A stretch of DNA of 64,000 bases from Sphyrna mokarran. Lineage: Eukaryota. The DNA lies in the NCBI GenBank assembly GCA_024679065.1, contig JAGIQG010000040.1, positions 4,030,001 to 4,094,000 on the forward strand, written 5' to 3'. The notes below the pieces were generated by a model that saw nothing but the letters and a program-made list of their open reading frames with translations, searched no databases and was not told the DNA's origin. Position 1 is the first letter of the stretch, and each line of letters opens with the position of its first letter. Made by a program: the position numbers and the translations under genes. This document shows, one piece after another, positions 53,081-64,000 of this stretch.

Positions 53081-53734
53081 AGCCCTCAGATGGTGGAAGT
53101 TTTATTTGATCGGTTTTAATCGTTCATGTTGAATTTTTTTATGCAGCTTTGTGACGGTTTCTCAAGAATATTAATCTCATTTTCAATGTGCGTGACCTGT
53201 TCACACTGAACGCTTCGTTCTGAACGGTAGATTTCGTCGTGACTTTAAATAAAGCAATTAACGGATTATACAACAGCGGATTTAGGTGCAGACCCCTGAG
53301 AGAAACAAATACAGCAACCCGAAACATCCAAGCTAAGAAACGAAGATAAACGAATAGAAAGGCAATGAGTGAATCAAAGACAGATACTGTGATCGAAGGA
53401 GAGAAATAAATAGAGAGGAACAGATGGAGAGGCAGAGAGATAAGCAACAGAATACGAATGACTGAAATGAGGCAGTGACAGGGAGACAAATAGCGGGGAA
53501 GATATTGAGATAAATGAGGGAAATGCGGGAGCCTCAAGGGAAACAGATGATGACACGGTGAAGAGAACAGTTGCAGATATGTAGAGATAATACAGAGGGA
53601 GGCACAAAGAGAGACAAACGAACAGATGACAAGAGAACAGAGATAGACAGTGGCAGAAAAAATCGGGTCCAACGTGAAAATCAAACGGCCGAAATCCAAT
53701 CAGAATACCAGAAAGGGAAAGAAAATAATTTAAG

Positions 53735-54075
53735 AACAAACAAAAAACAAAGGACAGTACGGCACAGGAAACAAGCCATTCGGCCCTCCAAGCCTGTGTC
53801 GCTCATTGGTCCAACTAGACGATTCGTTTGTATCCCTCCAGTTCCACAGTGTCTGCCTCCACCACCCTATGAATTCCAGGCCCCCACCACCCTCTGCGTA
53901 AAGAACGTCCCTCTGATATCTGTGTTATATCTCTCCCCTCTTACCTTGAGCCGGTGACCCCTCGTGATCGTCACCTCCGACCTGGGAAAAAGTTCCCCAC
54001 TATTCACCCTATCTATACCCTTCATAATTTTGTACATCTCTATTAGGTCTCCCCTCATTCTCCGTCTTTCCAGGT
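53735..54075 (-). mobile_element. CR1 3' fragment
   Basis: MRGDLIEMYKIMKGIDRV..TRGHRLKV..FFTQRVVGAWN. Confidence 0.85.
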
Positions 54076-54083
54076 AAAAACAT

Positions 54084-54156
54084 AGGCTCCAGCGACAATT
54101 GATCTTGCGACCCCTGGTTTACTAGACCAGCGCTCTAACCATTGAGCTATAGAGCC
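54084..54156 (-). tRNA. tRNA-Thr, anticodon AGT, probable pseudogene
   Basis: GGCTCTATAGCTCAATGGTTAGAGCGCTGGTCTAGTAAACCAGGGGTCGCAAGATCAATTGTCGCTGGAGCCT followed by TTTTT; T-arm and B box degenerate. Confidence 0.75.
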
Positions 54157-54974
54157 AAACGTTCAGAACAGCATGCCACAGAGAGATTTCCGAGAGGCCT
54201 TTAAATATCCTCAGAATGAAACCAGTATCACTCTTACATTGTGATCCTTCTCCTGGCCCTGTAGTAAACATGTACATGTTGTGAAGTATCTCCATCTGGC
54301 GGCGATCTGAGGTAAATTATTATTTTCTGGAAAATCACCCAATTCTCAGAATACGGAAGGACGTTACTGCATTAGTTTTAAGCCTATGTTTATTATTAGT
54401 GTCACAAGTCTGGATTAATAAATTCTGGGTTTCTTTTTCTCCCTGTGCTTAACTAGTTCTCCGGCTCTCTCTTCGTTTGGAACCTAAGTGCTTTGTTCTG
54501 TCATTCCACCTCTGTTTTTCTATCTCCCTTTGCACTGCTTCTGACCGTATCTGTCTTCACACATAGTCTACGTTCTTCTTTTTCTCTCCTTTTCCTTAAA
54601 GGTTAGGATTGTGGCAATCCAATTTCTCCCACTTTCCCATTTCAAAGAGTTTCACCAAATTGCTCATATTGGAGCAGCAATAATTGATAAAGTTAACAAC
54701 CAGAACTTGAGGGGTAGCAATTATGATGGAAAGAATTAAAATCAAAGAACTAAGGGATATGGGGAATGAATGTGAATCCAGGACCATGATTGCATCTCGT
54801 GCTGTCATTTTAGAGTAGGCATCTTATAGAATCTTGATGGCTTCTTATTGTTTGGAATTGGCTTTTATAACCATTATTAATTTAATACAGCGAATCGTAG
54901 CAATTAAACGTTGGGATTATCTCTCATGTATACGTTCAACTGGATTAAATTACGAAGTACTGCAAGAATAATCT

Positions 54975-55235
54975 GACATAGTGACGGAGTGGTTAACACT
55001 GCTGCCTCACAGCGCTGGGGATCCGGGATCGGTCACTGTCTATGTGGAGTCTGCAGGTTTTTCCGTGTTTACGTGGGTTCCCTCCGGGTGCTCAGGTTTC
55101 CTCCCATAGTCCGAAAATGTGCTGGTTAGGTACATTGGTCATGCTAAATTGTCCTTAAATCCACCAGAACAGGCGGTAGAGTGAGGCGAGTGAGGGACTT
55201 CCACAGTAACTTTATTGCAATGTTGATGTGACTGA
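54975..55235 (+). mobile_element. tRNA-derived SINE (V-SINE/HE1-like)
   Basis: gtggttaacactgctgcctcacag..gtgggttccctccgggtgctc..; sister copy at 58015-58275. Confidence 0.75.
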
Positions 55236-55332
55236 AAATTTCCAGCATTAACTCAATGTCTGAATGATCAGTACCTGTTCCCTGATCTCTCTCCACCCCA
55301 CGATATTTAATGCCTTCTGTGTTTTGTTACAG

Positions 55333-55624
55333 GGATAAACAGTGTTTCAAGATCGAACTAAATTAAGCATTCTGGAAGGACAGAGCATATTGTTGGACTG
55401 TAATTATTCGACAGTTGCTTCTCAAACTATATTCTTGTACATCCGCTATCCCCGACAAGTCCTGAGGTATATGATGAAGATATATAGCTTGGGCAATACC
55501 GACAAGTCTCCGGATTTATCGGATAGTTTCTCGGCTGCTTTGCACAAAGCAAACAACAGTTTACTTTAAAAATCACCAGGATTCTTCTGCCTGACCGCGC
55601 CCTGTATTTCTGTGCCATGGAGCC
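55333..55624 (+). pseudogene. TCR alpha/delta V pseudogene
   Basis: VFQDRTKLSILEGQSILLDCNYST..FLY (Trp lost)..FSAALHK (frameshift) TLKI..ALYFCAMEP; RSS CACACTG (55625-55631), 23-nt spacer, ACAAAAGCG. Confidence 0.85.
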
Positions 55625-56821
55625 CACACTGTGCAGAGATATAGCGAGCTCCTCACAAAAGCGCCAGACTGGAAGTTCCGCGTAAAGATCAGCAGAGGGC
55701 GCTCCCGCACGGATAGACAGAAACAATTATTTCGTCTTCACAGGGAGAGTCACAGGATCATAAATGAAATATCAAAACAAAACAGACCACTCAACATGAA
55801 CAGCTATGCCGCAGTTGAGTTTTTAACTTGCAACTATACAAAAAATAGAGTTATATTTCACTCACGCGTAGTTCTTTGACGATATTCCCTTGCCTGTGTG
55901 AATTACTGTATAGCACTTTCCCCATCTTGACTCCCCGTTTCGAGGCCGCTTTACTCAAAGAGTCTACTTTGTAATCTCTATACCGGAGGGAGCGTTAAGG
56001 ACACATTAGTAAGTTAGACAATTCTTTATTAGAGCATTGATAGGGAACGAGAAGCTGCGATGGAAATTGAATTTGAAGAGAGAAATGGCTAAATAGTTAG
56101 CCAACCATCTTACGAAGGAGCAGCGCTCCGAAAGTTTGTGACACCAACTAAAATTGTTGGACTTTAACCTGGTGCTGTGAGACCTCTTACTGTGCCCACC
56201 TCAGTCCAACTCTGGCATCTCCACATCATCGACAAATATTTAGCCAGTAAATGGAAATTTTAAAAAGGGGTAATTTTGGAAGCAGATAGATGATTAGGAA
56301 TAAATGGATAATTGTTTAAGAGCGACAGGAAGTAAGTAAGCGGCCGAACATTCTAACCGTGTGCTGTGAAATATTATGATTCTAAGATAATGAAGTGTTC
56401 TGTTCATGTAGAAAAACAAAAGTGAACAGAACTGATGAAAGAAATTATTCTGTTACATACAGGAAGCAAAGAAATTCGGAAGCAGTGACGGTTCAAGTGG
56501 TCCTTGGTTTGACAAAACCAATTGTTCAGTGGCACCATGAATAACGTCAGATAACAACATCATTTATAGACCATTCGGTGATATTCAGCTCTCCTTCCCC
56601 TGCCCACCATTCAGATTCCCGACCTCGGCTGTAAGTCCAGTCTAGAAATCAGATCCGGATTGATCCTCATTTGCACCTTCATCATCATGAAGGCAAACAC
56701 GCGCAAACACTTGTTTTCAGATACTGCTAGTGTTGTGTGAGTTTATCCACTTATTCAGATGCATTATTTTAACAGTCTGTTAATACCGTGTAGTTTATGA
56801 GTGATTTTGTTCTGTTCACAG

Positions 56822-57093
56822 TCGTTCATGTGAGGAATGAAACTCCCATCCTGAGTCAGTAATGCCTCAGAAAGAGAGACGGGTTGAAATGAACTGCCTG
56901 CTCCCCTTTGTGATACCATGGTCTGGTACAGACAAAAACCGACAGGGGCTCCGCCATTTATCGCCTCCCTTTACGAAGGGAATGTAAACGAATGTAAACA
57001 TACTGTCCTTTGACCAAGTAAAGAATTCAAATCCAGTCTCTATAGATGACAGCGCGGTCCAGGACTCGGGGATGTATCTCTGTGCGAAGCAGA
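56822..57093 (+). pseudogene. Decayed TCR V pseudogene
   Basis: RVEMNC..MVWYRQKPTGAPPFI..AVQDSGMYLCAK, with stops and frameshifts; degenerate heptamer CGCAGTG at 57094-57100; decayed leader at ~56687-56740. Confidence 0.75.
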
Positions 57094-57578
57094 CGCAGTG
57101 AGACGAAGAATGGGGCCGGTTGTAAATATCTTATTAAACACCCTGTCTCCACTGGAATTTTAAATTGGCCCCAAAACAGTACCTTTCAAAATGCCGGTGG
57201 TATTAGAGCTATGACTTTCCCGTGCTTATACTTGAATCTGGATAGAGTCGCAATATCTGACAATTGTCATTACAGATGCAGTGTGTCGAAACATTTTGAG
57301 TAAACTCTCTTGTTCCGTTGTTCCACACACAAAGTAAAGAGAGTCGGGAAAAATAACTGCTTCTCTGATGCCGAGGCAGATGGATAGGCGAGAGAAAAAT
57401 ATCTAAACATGGATGGAAAAAGATGGAAAGGGAGATAATAAGTAGATCGGTAGAGAGAGTCAGAAAGACGGATGGATCGGTAGTCGCATAGATTAGCTAA
57501 TTCTAACCATTTACGGGAACACTTCATTTATTTATTCTTGTATATATCTTTATGTTAGTTTTGTGTTTGGTTTCACAG

Positions 57579-57790
57579 CTGTTTCTTATCACTCAGGCAC
57601 ATTTCAGATTCCGATGAATCTGGTTAAACAAGGACAGACCATCTCTCTTCACCACAATGTTACTGTCGCTGCAAATGACTGTGTATTCTGGTATCGGCAG
57701 TTCAGCGATCAAATTCCCAAGTATACTTTGGTAATGGTGCAGGCGCGTCAGAAAACTGAGATAAAGGATTTTGCATCAATACTAACCAGC
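57579..57790 (+). pseudogene. Truncated TCR V fragment
   Basis: Acceptor tttcacag; VKQGQTISLHHNVT..VFWYRQFSDQIPKY; first Cys lost; no YYC or RSS. Confidence 0.6.
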
Positions 57791-58014
57791 AAATGTTGCA
57801 AAACCAAAATGACAAAGACGGCAGATATAGCGATAACATCAAAGTAATAAAACATATGATAAACTGCAACAATAAAAACCCGCAATACGATGCAGCAACA
57901 TAAACCAGATTGAAAGTCGCTGTTTCACTGATGACGTCCCAAGACCCCATCTTTCGCAAAACCTTGCAGAGCCGTCAGTTTCCCCTGTCACAGGTGACAG
58001 CTGGAGTTACAGGA

Positions 58015-58275
58015 AACGGGACAGTGGTTAACACTGTTACCTCACACACCAGGGACCCGGGTTCGATTCCTGTCCGTGTGACGTTTGGACTTTCTCCCGC
58101 TATCTGCGTGGGTTTCCTCCGAGTGCTCCGGTTTCTTCCCACAGTCCGAAGGACGTTAGCTGCATACTGAATTCTCCGTCAGTGTACCGAATAAGCGCCT
58201 TAGTGTGGCGACTAGGGAATTTTCACTGTAAATTGATTGTGAATGTAAGCCTCATTTGTGAGTAATACATTTTAC
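58015..58275 (+). mobile_element. tRNA-derived SINE (V-SINE/HE1-like)
   Basis: cagtggttaacac..gacccgggttcgattc..gtgggtttcctcc. Confidence 0.75.
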
Positions 58276-58692
58276 TTTCAATATCTGAACGTCTTGACAC
58301 CACCACAAACCACAGCGCATTTAATGCAAGAGATGATATGTAAATTACGGAAGATCTCGAGCAGAAACATTTCTTCTGGACCAGAAACTCTGGATCCATC
58401 TCCACTTCATGACGGCAGAGGATGTGTTCCTTACCCTGACACACAAATTGATGATCTACTTGTACATTCTTCCAATCAGCCGAATGACACGTTAAAAGAA
58501 CGGGGGGGCGGGGGTTCCTGCAAGAGTTATTTTTAGAAATAAAACATTTATTGTAATTAATAGTCTGAGAATTCACCAGGATTTCAGTTTCCATTTCAGA
58601 CTCACTCTGATCACAATGTTTGTCTACCGCTCTATGTTGAGCGAGGTTCTGACAGTTTTTGTACAGACGCAGCCCAGGTCTGTATCTCTGTG

Positions 58693-58990
58693 GGACTCAG
58701 TGCGCAGTAATACACCCCGGAGTCTGCCAGCCCTGTTTTAGACACTTTCAACGGGACGGTGCGGGTTGTATCATTGATCTCTGCTGAAAAACGGTTCCCA
58801 GGAGATCTCCCTGTGTTTCCAAATTTATTTGTTTGGAGCAGATACTCCATGGTCTCGTTGGGATACAGACGGTACCAGAATAGAAAAGGGTTGTTGCTTG
58901 TAGTTGTATAATTACAGAACAATTGAACATCATCTCCTTCAGTGACGGTGACTGCTGTTTTTTGCGAAACAGAATCTCCTTGACAATGCC
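58693..58990 (-). CDS. TCR alpha/delta V exon, open frame
   Basis: GHCQGDSVSQKTAVTVTEGDDVQLFCNY..LFWYR..RFSAEI..LADSGVYYCALSP; RSS CACAGAG (58686-58692), 23-nt spacer, ACAAAAACT (58654-58662). Confidence 0.93.
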
Positions 58991-59522
58991 CTGTTAGAGC
59001 ACAAAATAAATATAAACTAAACAATGCGATTTCACTCTGTTTCCCTCAGAATCTTCCCGTAATCCTGAACAATAATTTTAGAGAGAAATCAAACAGAAGA
59101 ACAAAAGCATATTTTTCACAATTCAGTAGTTGGAACGGGAAGGTATTTATAGTGATAATAAAACTTCTACCGAAAACATTCAGTACCTTCTAACGAAATC
59201 AGTTCCTCCCCTTTAGTCCCTGTAACTGGAGCGGGAAAATGTTCACTGTCTGTATTTGAAAGTCTGGTTATTTTTCAAATCATTTACTGGTACCAGAGAA
59301 ATTTGAATCGCAGCCTAAACTCATCCAATCTCATTCCCTGAGGAAAATGTGCCAACTCCCAACAAACAGTTTTCAGTATTAACACCGAGATCCAAGTACC
59401 TATTCGAGGTTGGGATCAATCCGATCACTCACTCTTAGCCCCTTGCATTGAGTGGACAGCCCGATAGAATGTAATTTGTGGTAATGATGTGCAACACAGA
59501 ATTCAGCAACTTGTGAACTTAC

Positions 59523-59574
59523 CAGTTAAAAGAGCTGCCGCTATGACGATTAAATACAGAGTAACAGGAGACAT
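59523..59574 (-). CDS. Leader exon of the TCR V (MSPVTLYLIVIAAALLT)
   Basis: 52-nt phase-1 exon with donor gtaagt; splices in frame to 58990. Confidence 0.87.
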
Positions 59575-59639
59575 GTTTGCATGGAGCTCGCGGTAGATTT
59601 GACCAGAACAGGTTGAAGCTGAAATTGTTTCAGTCAAGA

Positions 59640-59690
59640 GCTGGGGAGAAGTTGAGTCACATCCAGGCCTCTGTTGATTGGTTCATTGCC
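59640..59690 (-). promoter_or_regulatory. TCR V promoter motifs
   Basis: TGAGTCA (AP-1/CRE-like) at 59653-59659 and CCAAT at 59677-59681, 80-105 nt upstream of the ATG. Confidence 0.5.
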
Positions 59691-60649
59691 AACACATCTA
59701 ATTGTCTCTTTTGATCTTCCAATGATCTCACAGCTCCTTTATCTCCAATTCATCCTATTGGCGGAGGGACAAAAGGAGCAAAATGCATTTGTTTATCTCG
59801 CAGCAGGGAATCGGGCAGGAATTAAACTGAGTATTGGCCATTTAACAGTTCCAATCTCTCGGGCGAACATGCGGAAGAGAAACGGCTTTTGATTTTTCCA
59901 TCGGAGGCCTCAATTAAAATACTTTCCAACGATGAGAACACTGGGAGCCGATAGCGGCGATCACTGGATCGGGAGGGATTGGAATCGAGCAATGTGGGAA
60001 ATAGATAAACGCTACATTTTAAATGAGGACTGGAGAGAATTGGTTGTTTGATGGATTTGAACAGAACGGAAATGTGTGTGATTCTCATAGACTCGGTGAA
60101 TTTAGAATGAGCCGATAATTAGAAATATTTACCGGTTACGTATTTTAAACAATAACCATGTTGACAATAAATTAATAATTAACCAACAGAACCATAAGCT
60201 TCCACTGGACATTAATGCCTGCAACTAAAACAATCAGATTTAATTAACTAGTAAAGTCTCCTCTGAAAGGCTTTACCAGTCCGAACCTGCAATCTCTAAC
60301 ATCTGGAAAGACAGTGAAAGCAGACACGAGGCGATATAATCACCTGCAAGTTCACGACCAAGTCGCACACCGCCCTGACTTGGAAATATATTACCGTTCC
60401 TTTAGTTCCGTGAGTGAAAGTCATTTCGCGAATACTATCATTGCAATTTTGGACAGAAAATTGGAAATGTAAACTGACATTAATGCATCAAGTTGAGATA
60501 GTAAGGTTTCGAAGTGCAAAGTTAAAAGGCGAGAAATACATTAAGAAGACATTGGAAATGTATTTTCTTCCAACTATTTAAGTTCCTATGGCACTTATTT
60601 ACAATGTTGAATTGTCTGAACATATGTTCTATGTTCTATGTTCTATGTT

Positions 60650-63032
60650 CATTACAGCACAGAACAGGCCCTTCGGCCTTCGATGTTGCGCCGACCAATA
60701 TAAAAAGCAATGCCCCTCCAAACTAAAGCATTCCCTTCTCTTCCATATACTTATCAACTAACCTCTTAAACGCCACCAAACTTGGCGCATCTACAACTGC
60801 TGCAGGCAGGGCATTCCACTCCCGAACCACCCTTTGGGTAAAGAACCTACCTCTGATATCCGTCCTATACTATCACCCCTTAATTTAAAGCTGTGTCCCC
60901 TCGTGCTAGCTTTCTCCATCCTAGGAAAAGGCTATCACTGTCCACCCTATCTAAACCTCTAATCATCTTATATGTTTCGATTAGGTCCCCTCTTAGCCGC
61001 CTCCTTTCTAACGAAAACAACCTCAAATCCCTCAGCCTCCCTTCATAAGACCTGCCCTCCATACCAGGCAACATCCTGGTAAACCTCCTCTGTACCCTCT
61101 CCAATGCCTCCACATCTTTCTTATAATGTGGGGACCAGAACTGCACACCATACTCCAAGTGCGGCCGCACTAGAGTTTTGTACAGTTGCAACATGACGTT
61201 GCGGCTCCGAAATTCAATCCCCCTACCAATAAAAGCTAAGACTCCATATGCCTTCTTAACAACCCTCTCGACTTGACTGCCTACTTTCAGGGATCTATGC
61301 ACATACACACCAAGATCCCTCTGTTCATCAAGACTACTAAGAATCCTACCATTAGCCCTATACTTACACATTTATTATTTCTGCCGTAGTGCATTACCTC
61401 ACACTTTTCCACATTAAACTCCATTTGCCACCTCTCGGCCCAGCTCTGCAACTTTTCCAAGTCCCTCTGCAAACTATAACACCCCTCTTCACTATCTACC
61501 ACTCCACCGACTTTAGTGTCATCTGCAAATTTACTAATCCATCCTTCAATACTCTCATCCAGATCATTTATAAAATTTACACACAGCAGGGGCCCCAAAA
61601 CAGACCCCTGAGGTACACCACTTGTCACCGAACTCCACGATGAATATCTCCCATCAACCACCACCCTCTGTCTTCTATCTGCTAACCAATTCCTGACCCA
61701 ATTAGCTAAATCACCCTCTATCCCATACATCTGCATTTTCTGCAGAAGTCTTCCATGGGCCACCTTATCAAACGACTTACTAAAGTCCATATATACCACA
61801 TCGACCGCCTTACCCCCATCCACCTCTTCAGTCACTTTTTCAAAGAACTCAATGAGGTTAGTAAGGCACGACCTACCCTTCACAAAACCATGCTGACTAT
61901 CCCCAGTCAATTCATTTCTCTCTGAATAACTATAAATCCTATCCCTAATTATTCTCTCCAATACTTTGCCCACAACAGAAGTAAGACTCACTGGCCTATA
62001 ATTTCCTGGAAGGTCTCTCTTCCCATTCTTGAACAATGGGACCACATTCGCTATCCTCCAGTGCTCTGGCACCACACCCATAACCAACGACGACCTGAAG
62101 ATCAGAGCCAGAGGCTCTGCAATCTCCTCTCTTGCCTCCCAGAGAATCCTAGGGTAAATCCCGTCCGGCCCAGGGGACTTATCCAACTTCAAACCCTCGA
62201 GAATATCTAGCACATCCTCCCTATCTACTTCGATACCTTCCAGTTTGCTACCCTGTACCTCAGTGTTCTCCATAACTACATTTACATCACCCTGCGTGAA
62301 TACCGAAGAGAAATATTTATTCAGTGCCTCTCCAATCTCTTCAGGCTCCACGCACAACTTCCCACTGCTGTCTATGACTGGCCCTAATCTTGTCCTAACC
62401 AATCTTCTATTTTTAACATATCTAAAGAAAGCTTTAGGATTCTCCTTAATCCTATCAGCCAAAGTCTTCTCGTGTCCTCTCTTAGCTCTCCTCAATTCAC
62501 TCTTTAGCTCCATCCTGGCTAATCTATAGCTATCCATTGCACTAACCGAGCCTTCAAGCCTCATCCTGACATAAGCCTCCTTTTTCCTTTTAACCAGCAA
62601 ATCAACTTTTTTTGTACACCAAGGTTCTCTTACTCGACCATTTCCTCCTTGCCTGACAGGGACATACTTATCAAGGACTCGCAGCAGCTGCTCCTTGAAT
62701 AAGCTCCACATTCCAGATGTTCCCAGTCCCTGTAGTTTCCTAGTCCAATCTATGCACCCTAATTCTCTCCTGATGGCCTCATAATTACCCTTCCCCCAGC
62801 TATAACTACTGCCCCCAGCTTCATGCCTATCCCTATCCATCACTAAGGTGAACGTAACCGAATTGTGGTCACTATCACCAAAATGTTCACTAACTTCCAA
62901 GCCTAACACCTGGTCTGGCTCATTGCCCAGCACCAAATCCAATGTAGCCTCACCTCTAGTTGGCCTATCCACATACTGAGTCAAAAATCCTTCCTGCACA
63001 CTTTGTACGAAAACTGACCCCTCTAACGAGCT
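60650..63032 (-). mobile_element. Young 5'-truncated CR1 LINE
   Basis: ORFs 61287-62999 and 60880-61371 are closely similar to the copy at 41.2-43.5 kb. Confidence 0.96.
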
Positions 63033-63589
63033 GGGCCTCTCGATTAAAAGGCCGGTGGAAACTGTCCCATCGATGAACTTGCACTTCCCTGGTGATCCAG
63101 AGAGTGTACAGTTCCCTGAGTCACATCGCCTGTGGTCACATATTTCTCGCAGCTCCCAGATAGCCTTCCCTTCCTACTTATGAGTATCTGTTATCTGACT
63201 GCTGTAACTCAGGTCTTGTTGTTGCTGAATTGATCATGATTTGTTTTTCATTCTTCATTGGGAGTTGGTGGTAAGGTCGGGTATTTTGGGGTCTGAATTC
63301 GGTGAGTTAAAACGGAATTGTTACTATTCAGAGTTGAGAATGTGTTGAGAGTAACATCTGATCTCACTAGTGATTGCTTCATTCCTGACAGCGCCAGCTG
63401 GAGACACAGAATCAGCTCATAGCTCATTTCCCCTACATTTCATCGAATCAGTTCAGACTGCCTGTTCTTCAATCGATGACGGCAGTGCGAGGAGCACGGA
63501 ACTATTTGAATTTGTTCTGACAACAACGAACTGAACAAAAGAACATCACAGAACAGGCAATAAGAACTGGAGTGGCCAATAGCGCCCGC

Positions 63590-63835
63590 TATTAGGGATG
63601 ATAATTATAGGATGGATGTCAGAGGTAGGTTCTTTACTCAGAGGGTTGTAGGGGCATGGGATGCCTGCCTGCAGCAGTTGTGGACTCGCCAACTTTAAGG
63701 GCGTTCAAATGGTCAGTAGATAGGCATATGGATAACATTGGAATAGTTTAAGTTAGAGGGTCATTAGATTCATTCCACTGGTCGGCGCAACATCGAGGGC
63801 TGAAGGGCCCGTACTGTAATGTTCTATATTCTATG
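63590..63835 (+). mobile_element. CR1 3' fragment
   Basis: gatgtcagaggtaggttctttactcagag.. and ttctat tail. Confidence 0.8.
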
Positions 63836-64000
63836 CTACTTTCATTCAATAATATCAGCTTTGATGTACCTCACGTCCAACTTTTTGCAATATAACGTAT
63901 TATCTATTTGTCTCAATATCCACCAATCTATCTTCTTGAATAAATAAGGTCTCTCCTACGAGACAATAATAATGATGGGTATTAAAATCTTTATTTTTCT

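Noticed and set aside
53139-53957. Hydrophobic 186-aa and 121-aa ORFs
   Set aside because: Antisense reading of a GA-rich low-complexity tract
51356-59574. NARTCR or its leaderless supporting V
   Set aside because: No NAR-type V-D-J block is visible, and the two best-preserved V segments have their own leader exons

Overview
Eukaryotic genomic DNA from a cartilaginous fish (shark type), not a prokaryote. Positions 308-17928 (minus strand) hold one complete, apparently intact IgM heavy-chain cluster: leader-VH-D1-D2-JH-Cmu1-Cmu2-Cmu3-Cmu4/secretory tail-TM, with RSS spacers V23, 12-D1-22, 12-D2-12, 23-J. Upstream of it lie a CR1-disrupted VH pseudogene (~24.8 kb), an intact two-exon GPR139/142-like GPCR (36.0-38.6 kb), a tRNA-Lys gene and two decayed tRNAs, an orphan IgH TM exon with both splice sites lost (50.5 kb), and five TCR alpha/delta-type V segments (51-59.6 kb). 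One TCR V is intact and co-oriented with the IgM cluster; four are pseudogenes. The rest is CR1/L2 LINEs, tRNA-derived SINEs and simple repeats. The most notable feature is the close linkage of an IgM cluster with TCR V segments whose RSSs are compatible with the IgH D segments. This IgM copy also has unusual changes: a VH N-terminus and a JH each 2 aa short, and an Arg in the tailpiece. Repeat boundaries are approximate and family names come from recall, not database searches.
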